Assembly (NCBI GenBank): GCA_039915685.1 | Contig: JBDSMU010000070.1 | Span: 1,741-65,740 of the forward strand | DNA: 64,000 nucleotides | Direction of reading: 5' to 3' | Source: Gemmatimonadales bacterium | Lineage (GTDB): Bacteria > Gemmatimonadota > Gemmatimonadetes > Gemmatimonadales > GWC2-71-9 | Shown: piece by piece, positions 37,946 to 45,866 of the stretch | How the letters are laid out: every line of letters begins with the position of its first letter | Numbering within the stretch: position 1 is the stretch's first letter | Notes under the pieces: model-generated | The model's database searches: none | What the model saw: only the letters and a program-made list of their open reading frames with translations | Told to the model about the DNA's origin: nothing | Program-made: the position numbers and the translations under genes

Positions 37946-38850
37946 TGCGCGCGCTGCTGATCACAAATCCGGCCGCCGCCCGAACCCGGGCTGTGACGGT
38001 GAAGGCGATCACCACCATGCTCAAGGCCGGCGGCTGGACACTCGACGTGCTTGCCACCGGCGGGCCGGGCGACGCACGCCGACTTGCCGGCCTCGGCGTG
38101 GAGCAGGGGGTCGACGTGGTGGCGGTGTTCGGCGGAGATGGCACGACGATGCAGGCCGCGGCCGCGCTGGTCGGGTCCGACGTGGCACTGGGGTTGATCC
38201 CCGGCGGAACCGGCAATCTCCTTGCCGGCAACTTGCGACTGCCCTCGAATCCGCTCCGCGCGGCAGCGACAATGCTCCGGGGAGAGGCGCGGCCGATCGA
38301 TCTGGGACGGATCATGCGTGACGACGGCGCACACTACTTCGCGGTGGCCTGTGGCGCCGGAATCGACGCCCGCGTGATGGTGGAGACGCCGACCCTGCTC
38401 AAGCAGAAATGGGGCATGATGGCGTACGTCGCCACCACACTTCGCCTTATCCCGGAGCTGCGCAGCGTGCCGTTCGACATCACGGTCGACGGTGAGGAGT
38501 TCCATGCCGACGCGGCAATGCTCCTCGTGGCCAATTGCGGCGAGGTGATTCCCCGGATGATTCGCCTCGGACCAGGAATCTCCCCCGACGACGGCATCCT
38601 CGACGTGGTTGCGATGCACGCCAATTCGTTCGGCACCGGGGTTCGGGCGGTGTGGGACCTGCTGCGCGACGCACCCGGAGTGTACGGGCGCGATGCGTTC
38701 GTCGGCTACGCCCGGGGTCGTGAGATCACGATCCGCTCCCCGGGAGGCCCGGTGCCCGTCCAGCTCGATGGCGAGCCCGGCGGCCAGACAGACTTCACTG
38801 CCACGGTGGTGCCGGGGGCGATCCGGGTGATGATGCCAAAGCGGGGCTAG
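37945..38850 (+). CDS. diacylglycerol-kinase-family lipid kinase (YegS/BmrU-like)
   Basis: VAVFGGDGTTMQAA and GLIPGGTGNLLA motifs; GTG overlaps the tamB TAG (TAGTG). Confidence 0.88.
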   Translation: MRALLITNPAAARTRAVTVKAITTMLKAGGWTLDVLATGGPGDARRLAGLGVEQGVDVVAVFGGDGTTMQAAAALVGSDVALGLIPGGTGNLLAGNLRLPSNPLRAAATMLRGEARPIDLGRIMRDDGAHYFAVACGAGIDARVMVETPTLLKQKWGMMAYVATTLRLIPELRSVPFDITVDGEEFHADAAMLLVANCGEVIPRMIRLGPGISPDDGILDVVAMHANSFGTGVRAVWDLLRDAPGVYGRDAFVGYARGREITIRSPGGPVPVQLDGEPGGQTDFTATVVPGAIRVMMPKRG

Positions 38851-38885
38851 GTTACACCATTGGTTCGCCTCAGCCCGGATCCTCG

Positions 38886-40229
38886 ATGACAGACTCCATC
38901 CTGCTGATCGACGATGACATTGCGGTCCTGCGCGCGGTGGGTGCTTTTTTCGAACAGAAGGGATGGGACGTCTTCCGAGAACTCACCGGCGAGTCGGGCG
39001 TGAGCACCTTCGAGCGCACCTTCCCCGACGTCGTGTTGGTCGACCTCGAACTGCCCGGCATTCACGGTCTCGACGTTCTCGAGCGGCTCCGCGCCCGCGA
39101 TACCGGTGTGATCGTCCTCACTGGCGACGGTGACATTCCCACGGCGGTACGCGCCATGCAACTCGGCGCCGAGAACTACATCGTGAAGCCGGTGGACATG
39201 GCGCATCTCCTTGCGGCAGCTGAGCGCGCTGCCGAAAAGGGACGCTTGCGGCGGGTCAATAGGACGCTGATCGGTCAGAGCTCCGCGACATCGGATGGCC
39301 TTGAGGGCCTCGGGGTCTCACCGTTCATGCGGGAGGTGGCCCGGCAGGTAACGCTGGTGGCCCGAAGCGACCGGACCCCCGCGCTGATCGAAGGCGAAAG
39401 TGGGACGGGGAAGCGTTTCGTGGCCCGACTGATTCACGACCTCTCGTCGAGGGCGCAGGCGCCCTTCATCGAGGTGGCGTGCGGAACCGGCGATGCCGAG
39501 TCGATCGAGGCAGAACTCTTCGGCCGGGAACACGTGGCGGGTGACGGCGAGCGGAAACCTGCGCTGGTCGAGGTTGCCGACGGCGGTTCACTCTTTCTCG
39601 ACGAGATCGGCGAGCTTCCGCAGACCCTCCAGCTTCGCCTGCTCAATGTGATAGAGTCCCGCGCATTCCGTCGAGCTGGTGGTTCGCGCGAGATTCCGGT
39701 GGACATCCGATTGATCGCGGCTGCGACCGGTCGGCTCCAGGCTGCGGTCGACGAAGGGCGTTTCCGCGACGACCTGTATGCCCGAATAAGCGTGATGCCG
39801 GTGGTCATGCCGCCACTGCGTGAACGAACGCGCGACGACATGCTCGCGCTCATCCGCCGGTTGTTGCGTGAGCTGGCGCAGACCCTGCCCGGCGCGCCGA
39901 CGCTGCTCAGTGACGAGGCGCTGGAGCGCCTGCTTGCCCACTCGTGGCCCGGCAATGTACGCGAACTGCGGAACGTCCTGGAGCGGGCATTGCTTCTCGC
40001 CCGGGGCCAGTCGCAGGTAGGCGGCGGACATCTTCCGGGCGAGCTGCGCGCCAAGGCCGGTCCATTTGACCGGCGGCACAACCCGCTCACAATGGAGGAG
40101 GTAGAGCGCATGCATATCGAGCGAACGCTCAAGCACCACATCGGCAATCGGACTCGAACCGCCGGGGAACTCGGCATTTCGCGCGCAACGCTGATCGCCA
40201 AGATCAAGCGCTACGCGATCCCGCATTGA
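38886..40229 (+). CDS. NtrC-family response regulator (REC + AAA+ + Fis HTH) with degenerate GAFTGA motif
   Basis: REC D9-D11/D53/K; GESGTGKRF Walker A; FLDEIGE Walker B; C-terminal HTH AGELGISRATLIAKIKRY; the GAFTGA position reads HVAGDG. Confidence 0.9.
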   Translation: MTDSILLIDDDIAVLRAVGAFFEQKGWDVFRELTGESGVSTFERTFPDVVLVDLELPGIHGLDVLERLRARDTGVIVLTGDGDIPTAVRAMQLGAENYIVKPVDMAHLLAAAERAAEKGRLRRVNRTLIGQSSATSDGLEGLGVSPFMREVARQVTLVARSDRTPALIEGESGTGKRFVARLIHDLSSRAQAPFIEVACGTGDAESIEAELFGREHVAGDGERKPALVEVADGGSLFLDEIGELPQTLQLRLLNVIESRAFRRAGGSREIPVDIRLIAAATGRLQAAVDEGRFRDDLYARISVMPVVMPPLRERTRDDMLALIRRLLRELAQTLPGAPTLLSDEALERLLAHSWPGNVRELRNVLERALLLARGQSQVGGGHLPGELRAKAGPFDRRHNPLTMEEVERMHIERTLKHHIGNRTRTAGELGISRATLIAKIKRYAIPH

Positions 40230-40417
40230 TGATGCGAATCGCGGAGACACCCGACGTGCACGAGCGCGACGCCATGTTGTGTCGTGCTTGCGGGCGCGAG
40301 GAACGGGCGTCGGAGGGATACCCGTGCGAGGGCTGCGGGACGTTTGTCTGCCTGGTCTGCACCATCCGCGGGGTGACGCTCTGTCGCGAATGTCGCGAGC
40401 GGGACCGCACGTCGTGA
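40229..40417 (+). CDS. small four-CxxC zinc-finger protein (62 aa)
   Basis: CRAC...CEGC...CLVC...CREC; GC3-rich; start overlaps the regulator stop (TGATG) and stop overlaps the next start (GTGA). Confidence 0.6.
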   Translation: MMRIAETPDVHERDAMLCRACGREERASEGYPCEGCGTFVCLVCTIRGVTLCRECRERDRTS

Positions 40418-41199
40418 GTGCTGCCGTGCTGGTCACTGCGGCCGTCGCGCCACTCCTTGGTGCCCCGTCGCTGGCGGCAGAGCAAGTGTCCCAGGTCGTA
40501 CTCGGCGAGGGTGCGACGGTGATCGATGACCATGGCTCATATCTGCGGGTTCGGACACGCCTCGATGATTACGAGGGCTGGCTGCACCGCGGGTACGTGC
40601 GGCTGACCGATGTCGCGACCGCCGATCACTGGCTCGCGAACGCGGCGTGGTCCGAGGGTGCACTGGTCGAGGCCAGTGCCGGCATGGCGCTCCGGGCGCC
40701 ACACCGCGCCAGGCTGATTCTTGAGGGTCCTGAACGGGTCCGCCTGCCCGACGGCAGCGCCGGCTCAATCCTGTCGGGGCGGATCCGTCCTTTCCACGAT
40801 GTCCTGCTCCACACCCGGGGGACGGCGCCCTCAGACTGGGCGTGGCAGCAGTTTGCGGGCGCATCGTATCTCTGGGGTGGCGTCACCGGATCGGGAATCG
40901 ATTGCAGCGCATTGGTGCAGACCACGTTTCTGCTGCGAGGCATTCCGCTGCCCCGCGACGCTCGGCAACAGGTGATGCACGGCGTCGAGGTGGCGCCCCA
41001 GGATGCGTGTCCGGACGACCTCCTCTTTTTTCGTGGCCAGGATACCGACGCCATCACCCACGTCGCGATGCTGGCGAGTCGTGACATGCTCGTGCATGCG
41101 ACCATCGACACCGGACGCGTGACCCGCGAGTCGTGGGAGGCCGGGAGTCGAGCCGCTCCACTGCGCGATCGCCTCGTGGCAATTCGCCGCGTCGGATGA
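40414..41199 (+). CDS. SH3b + NlpC/P60 (C40) cell-wall peptidase
   Basis: Signal-like N-terminus, SH3b-like GSYLRVRTRLDDYEGWL, catalytic GIDCSALV and THVAM. Confidence 0.85.
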   Translation: MSAAVLVTAAVAPLLGAPSLAAEQVSQVVLGEGATVIDDHGSYLRVRTRLDDYEGWLHRGYVRLTDVATADHWLANAAWSEGALVEASAGMALRAPHRARLILEGPERVRLPDGSAGSILSGRIRPFHDVLLHTRGTAPSDWAWQQFAGASYLWGGVTGSGIDCSALVQTTFLLRGIPLPRDARQQVMHGVEVAPQDACPDDLLFFRGQDTDAITHVAMLASRDMLVHATIDTGRVTRESWEAGSRAAPLRDRLVAIRRVG

Positions 41200-41906
41200 T
41201 GCGGCACCTCGTCCTGTTCGACATCGACGGCACCCTTCTCAGCAGCAGTTCCGCGGGACGCACCGCGCTCCTCGCGGCCTTCGCCGCCGAGTTTGCCGAT
41301 CTCGACTTCTTTGATGCGGTCAGGTTTGACGGCAAGACCGATCCGCAGATCGTCACCGAGCTCTTCGATGCCGCAGACGTTCCGAACCGATCCACTCCGG
41401 ACGAGATCAGTCGAGTGCTGGAGCGGTATCTCGTGCACCTTGATGCGGCCGTGAGCGGGGGGCGCCACGAAGTCCGCCCAATGGTTGGCGTGCCCGAGCT
41501 GCTCGCGGCGCTCCACGCCCGCGATGACGTGGTGGTGGGACTGCTCACCGGCAACGTCATGCCGGGCGCCAGGATCAAGCTCGAGGCGGCCGGCCTGCCG
41601 TTCGCGCAGTTCGCGCTCGGTGCCTTCGGGTCCGACAGCGCGCATCGTCCCGATCTCCCGGCAGTGGCGACCGCGCGCGCCGGCCAACTGATGGGTCGCG
41701 TGCCGATTGGAAGGGATGTGGTGATTATCGGTGACACCCCCGCGGACGTCACTTGTGGCGCGGCGATCTGCGCGCATGCGATCGGCGTCGCGACCGGGGC
41801 CTACTCAACCAGCGTACTGCGTGATGCTGGCGCTGCGGCGACATTCGACACGTTCGCTGACACCGAACGCGTGATGGAGGCAATACTCTGCTCGAACTCG
41901 AACTGA
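41196..41906 (+). CDS. HAD-superfamily phosphatase (phosphoglycolate phosphatase-like)
   Basis: LVLFDIDGTL motif I, LLTGN, IIGDTPAD; ATGA overlap with upstream gene. Confidence 0.85.
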   Translation: MMRHLVLFDIDGTLLSSSSAGRTALLAAFAAEFADLDFFDAVRFDGKTDPQIVTELFDAADVPNRSTPDEISRVLERYLVHLDAAVSGGRHEVRPMVGVPELLAALHARDDVVVGLLTGNVMPGARIKLEAAGLPFAQFALGAFGSDSAHRPDLPAVATARAGQLMGRVPIGRDVVIIGDTPADVTCGAAICAHAIGVATGAYSTSVLRDAGAAATFDTFADTERVMEAILCSNSN

Positions 41907-41911
41907 AGGCC

Positions 41912-42484
41912 GTGGTGCCCGACGCCGAGGCGCTGCGCCAGCGCCTGCACCGCCGTGGACCCAGCGGGATGCCGGTCTTCTCAGGTCGCCTCTTCGACCG
42001 CCGTTACGACATCGACGGCGAGCTGGCGGAGCGTCGGGAGGTGTTGCGCGTGCGACGTTACAAGAGCAATGACGGTAGTGTGCATGACGAACTGGCGTGG
42101 AAGGGTCCGACCACGGTGTCCCCACAGGGTTACAAGGCGAGGCCCGAGCTCGAGTGCCGACTCGGCGCTGGTGCATCGATCTCGGACCTCCTCGCTGCGC
42201 TGGGCTATTCTCCTGTTCACGCCGTCGACCGCTTCGTCGAGGTGTATGCGATCGAGGGCGCAACCGTGAGGCTCGAGTGGTATCCCGAATGCGACACGCT
42301 CGTCGAGGTGGAGGGTGATGCCGACGCGATCGAGCGTGCGATCGCGACGCTCGATATCCCCCGGGAAACCTTCACGGCAGAGGGATTGGCGGCTTTCACC
42401 GCGCGCTTTGCGCGACGCACCGGACGACCCGCAAGGGTGGCGCTTCATTTCCCGGACGAACACCCGGCGCATTGGCCCCGATGA
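41912..42484 (+). CDS. CYTH domain protein (class IV adenylate cyclase / triphosphate tunnel metalloenzyme family); true start probably upstream (CTG 41888)
   Basis: CYTH-like strands (VLRVRRY..., ELAWKG, RLEWYPECDTLVEVEG); the ExExK box LELELK is encoded at 41891-41908, upstream of the first canonical start. Confidence 0.8.
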   Translation: MVPDAEALRQRLHRRGPSGMPVFSGRLFDRRYDIDGELAERREVLRVRRYKSNDGSVHDELAWKGPTTVSPQGYKARPELECRLGAGASISDLLAALGYSPVHAVDRFVEVYAIEGATVRLEWYPECDTLVEVEGDADAIERAIATLDIPRETFTAEGLAAFTARFARRTGRPARVALHFPDEHPAHWPR

Positions 42485-43086
42485 GCCCGCTCGCGTCCAC
42501 GCTCGGGCGACTCGCCGCGCCGCCCTCTGCCCAGCCGTACGATTCGATCCGCCTCGACTTGATTGACCAGCTCGTGACCGGACACGCCCGTGCGTCCGGT
42601 CACCACGCGTGGGCTGGCGCCTGGGATCAGGCCGCCACCGCGCTGCGTGATGCGGTGATCGCGGAGGCGAAAATGCGCTTGCATACCGCCGCACTCCATT
42701 CCCGGTACCCTGCGCGCAAGTTGGCGTCGATCGAGCCCAACCCCGAGGCAGCCGAGGCCTTGCGCCATCGTCTGCTGGCTGAGGGAATGCGTTTAGAGAC
42801 CTTCGAGGGACAACCGGTCGATGCAGCAACCGACCGGAGGCGAGGGGCTGCGCTGGAGGAAGCCTGGGGCGGCGCAGTCGGGATCGCACTCACCGAGTCA
42901 CTTCGGTGGCGCAGCGCGGCTGGACGGGTCGCAACATGGCGCCGCCCGATGCGGGCGTTCTGGGCGTTCGCGGCTCTCGGTCTCGCCGCCTCGGCCGTCG
43001 CCGCCGGTTGGTTGGGAGGTCAGGTGCCGGCGCCGGGATGGTTTCGCCCACTGCACGAGGCGTGGTGGAGCCTGCCGTGGCTGTGA
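42481..43086 (+). CDS. hypothetical protein with C-terminal TM anchor
   Basis: ATGA overlap with CYTH stop; helical Ala/Arg-rich body; TM FWAFAALGLAASAVAAGWL; no family recognised. Confidence 0.55.
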   Translation: MSPLASTLGRLAAPPSAQPYDSIRLDLIDQLVTGHARASGHHAWAGAWDQAATALRDAVIAEAKMRLHTAALHSRYPARKLASIEPNPEAAEALRHRLLAEGMRLETFEGQPVDAATDRRRGAALEEAWGGAVGIALTESLRWRSAAGRVATWRRPMRAFWAFAALGLAASAVAAGWLGGQVPAPGWFRPLHEAWWSLPWL

Positions 43087-43478
43087 TCGGGATCGGTCTT
43101 GACGTGGTCGAGGTCGCCCGCGCCCGCGCACTGCTGGACCGGCACCACCAACGGATCCTCGATCGGACCCTGACCGCGGAAGAGCGGGAGTACGTCGAGT
43201 CGCTGGGTGACCCCGCGCCGGCCTTCGCCGCCAGGCTGGCGGCGAAGGAAGCTGTGTTCAAGGCCCTTCAGGTCTTCGACGGTGCCCGGAGCATAGGATG
43301 GCGGGAGATCGGCGTACGCAGACTGGGTGATGGCCGTCCTGAGGCCGTACTCCTTGGCCGGGCCGCCGACGTGGTGAGTCGCCGACCGGTCACCCTGCAC
43401 CTCTCGCTCAGCCACTCACGCGACGTCGCAGCGGCGGTCGCTATCCTCGAGGACAAGGCGCACCCGATCTCGGCATGA
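43083..43478 (+). CDS. acpS: holo-[acyl-carrier-protein] synthase
   Basis: VIGIGLDVVEV...FAARLAAKEAVFKAL...SLSHSRDVAAAVAILE; GTGA overlap with upstream gene. Confidence 0.88.
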   Translation: MIGIGLDVVEVARARALLDRHHQRILDRTLTAEEREYVESLGDPAPAFAARLAAKEAVFKALQVFDGARSIGWREIGVRRLGDGRPEAVLLGRAADVVSRRPVTLHLSLSHSRDVAAAVAILEDKAHPISA

Positions 43479-43552
43479 GCCGAATTACCCAGAAGTTGTG
43501 ATTCGCACCATCCCACCGTACTTTATCCCGTCTATAACCAAAGCGTTTGGGA

Positions 43553-45649
43553 ATGATTCTCATCGGTGCGTTGGTGTTCCTCACATCTCTGTCTGCTCCA
43601 GTTGACCCTTCGGTCGCTGATTCCGTCGCAGCCGCCCGCCGCGTCGCCGCGTCGGCCCAACTCGCTGCGCAAGAGTACCGTGTCGGTGTGGTGGGTAACC
43701 GGGTGATGATGCCGGCCGAAGTGGAGGAGGCAGAGCTTTTCCTGCGCGAGGCCGTCCGTACCGCACGTACCCTCCCGGTTTCGGTCTCGGCGACTGCCGT
43801 CACCGGTCTCGAACGTGCCCTCTCCGCGGTGCGGCGAACCGTACATCCCGATTCTGTAGACGTGTATGTGCGCGCCGTGACCGCCGAGCTCGCCAGCGTC
43901 CTGCGGATCACTCTCGTGGATATTCCCGTGACCACCCCGTCGCTGGCTCGAGGTGCCGAGGTGTTCATACGTGATTGTGCCGGGTGCCACGGCTCCCGCG
44001 GGCGGGGGGACGGCCCGGCGGGCCGGGCGCTCATGCCCGTGCCGGCAAACCTCGCCGACCATGCAGCCCTCACCGATGTCACCCCGCTCGCGTTCTATCA
44101 GCGGATCACCATCGGAGTCGCGGGCACGGCCATGCCGGCTTTCGAGTCGCGACTCAATGCCGAAGATCGGTGGGCCGTGGCTGCCTTTGCCTCCACCCTT
44201 CGCCAGGATGCGCCGGGTGGCGTGGTGCCGGTATCGTTGCGTTCCTTCCCGGTGGTCGCTGAACTCAGCGACAGCCAGGTACTGGACGCACTCGGCCCGG
44301 GTGCGGACCGCGCCGGGGTCGGCGCGGTGCGGAGCTACCAGGACGCCGGCGAGTCGGGCGACGAAGTGGCAGCCGCATTCGGAGCGGTCCGCGCACGGCT
44401 CCGGCAGGCAAGTGACCTCGCCGCCGCGGGACAACCCGAGGAGGCAACGGCGGCCGCGTTCGACGCCTACCTCGCATTTGAACGGGTGGAGCGAACCGTC
44501 CGCGCCAAAAAGCCCGATCTCGCAGCGCGGCTTGAGGCAGCGTTCGCGTCGCTTCGCGCGCGCACCTCTGGGGGTACAGCGGGTGAGTTGGCTGCAGTCC
44601 AGGCTGACCTTGCTGCCGATCTCGAACAGGCGGAACGCGTTGTTGCCGACAAGCTGTCGCCAATCAACCTCTTCTTGCAATCCTTGGTGATCCTGCTCCG
44701 AGAGGGGCTGGAAGCGATCCTGATTATTGGCGCACTGATGACCTTTCTGGTCAAGACAGGCGCGCCCGAGCGCCGTCGCGACATCCACATCGGCGTGGGC
44801 GCGGCCGTCGCCCTTTCGCTGCTGACGGCGTTGCTCCTCGAAACGGTGTTTCAACTCTCGCCGGCGCATCGCGAGGCGATGGAAGGATTCACCCTGGTAG
44901 CCGCCGTCGGCGTGCTTTTCTATGTCTCCTACTGGCTGCTTTCGAAGATGGAAGTCGCCAAGTGGACCGCGTTCGTGCGTGAGCGGGTCCAGGTTGCGGT
45001 CACGGGTGGCTCCGCGTTGGCTCTGGCATCGGCTGCGTTCCTTGCGGTGTATCGCGAGGGATTCGAGACGGTGCTCTTCTACAAGGCGCTGTTCGTCTCG
45101 GGGGGTTCGGCGGGCGGCACATTCTGGCCGGTGGTCGGCGGGATGGCAGTTGGCGGATTGCTCCTCGCGGGGGTGTACACGGCGATGAACCGGTACGGAG
45201 TGCGACTCCCGCTCAAGCCGTTCTTCGCGGTCACCAGTGGTTTCCTCTACTACACCGCGTTCGTCTTCGCTGGAAAAGCTGTGGCAGAGTTGCAGGCCGG
45301 CGGGGTGATCGGTACCACGGTGCTGCAGGGGTGGCCGCGGCTGCCGGTGCTGGGGATCTATCCCACCTATGAGTCGATGCTCGCACAGGGCGTGTTGCTG
45401 GTACTGGCGGCGGCGGCGTTGGGCTGGGTGTTGGTGGTACAGCGGCGGCGTGATGAGCGGGCATTTGCCGAGGCGGTTGTGGCGGCATCAGCGATTCCAG
45501 TAACCGTCATCGCGGAATCCGTGGAGCGGCTGCAATTTGGTGGGGGCATTCTTCAATCGCTGGTGCAGATGGAGGCCGACTTGGCCGCGCTCAAGGTCGA
45601 GGTGGAACGGCTTCGGCACCGGGTGGCGGGGGCGACCCTGAACGGCTGA
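43553..45649 (+). CDS. cytochrome c / FTR1-family iron permease fusion
   Basis: Signal peptide; heme site CAGCHG with distal GTAMPAF; two REGLE-type motifs (LLREGLEAIL, VYREGFETVL) in a 7-TM C-terminal half; ATG 43553 preferred over TTG 43547. Confidence 0.88.
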   Translation: MILIGALVFLTSLSAPVDPSVADSVAAARRVAASAQLAAQEYRVGVVGNRVMMPAEVEEAELFLREAVRTARTLPVSVSATAVTGLERALSAVRRTVHPDSVDVYVRAVTAELASVLRITLVDIPVTTPSLARGAEVFIRDCAGCHGSRGRGDGPAGRALMPVPANLADHAALTDVTPLAFYQRITIGVAGTAMPAFESRLNAEDRWAVAAFASTLRQDAPGGVVPVSLRSFPVVAELSDSQVLDALGPGADRAGVGAVRSYQDAGESGDEVAAAFGAVRARLRQASDLAAAGQPEEATAAAFDAYLAFERVERTVRAKKPDLAARLEAAFASLRARTSGGTAGELAAVQADLAADLEQAERVVADKLSPINLFLQSLVILLREGLEAILIIGALMTFLVKTGAPERRRDIHIGVGAAVALSLLTALLLETVFQLSPAHREAMEGFTLVAAVGVLFYVSYWLLSKMEVAKWTAFVRERVQVAVTGGSALALASAAFLAVYREGFETVLFYKALFVSGGSAGGTFWPVVGGMAVGGLLLAGVYTAMNRYGVRLPLKPFFAVTSGFLYYTAFVFAGKAVAELQAGGVIGTTVLQGWPRLPVLGIYPTYESMLAQGVLLVLAAAALGWVLVVQRRRDERAFAEAVVAASAIPVTVIAESVERLQFGGGILQSLVQMEADLAALKVEVERLRHRVAGATLNG

Positions 45650-45680
45650 CGTCCGGCCGCCGGTACCCTGTCCCCGAACG

Positions 45681-45717
45681 TGACACGGCCCGCCATCGCT
45701 GGCGGGCCGTGTCATTT
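45681..45717 (+). terminator. Rho-independent terminator-like hairpin
   Basis: 14-bp perfect stem TGACACGGCCCGCC / GGCGGGCCGTGTCA, 6-nt loop, followed by TTT. Confidence 0.6.
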
Positions 45718-45866
45718 GGGAGGTCCCAGAACGCCCCCTGAGTTAACGAAGACGAACAGGTGTGTTCGCTTCACCCTTCTTCGTCCTGGGACTTTCTCGA
45801 TAGGCGCATCCCTACGTCGCGCCACCTAGGGATAATCCTACGTTTGGGTCCGGAGCCTGTCAAGAG

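Noticed and set aside
43549-43567. Fur-box-like sequence GGGAATGATTCTCATCGGT overlapping the iron-permease start codon
   Set aside because: It has only about 11/19 matches to GATAATGATAATCATTATC and no clear dyad symmetry. This is too weak to call without a genome-specific Fur matrix.
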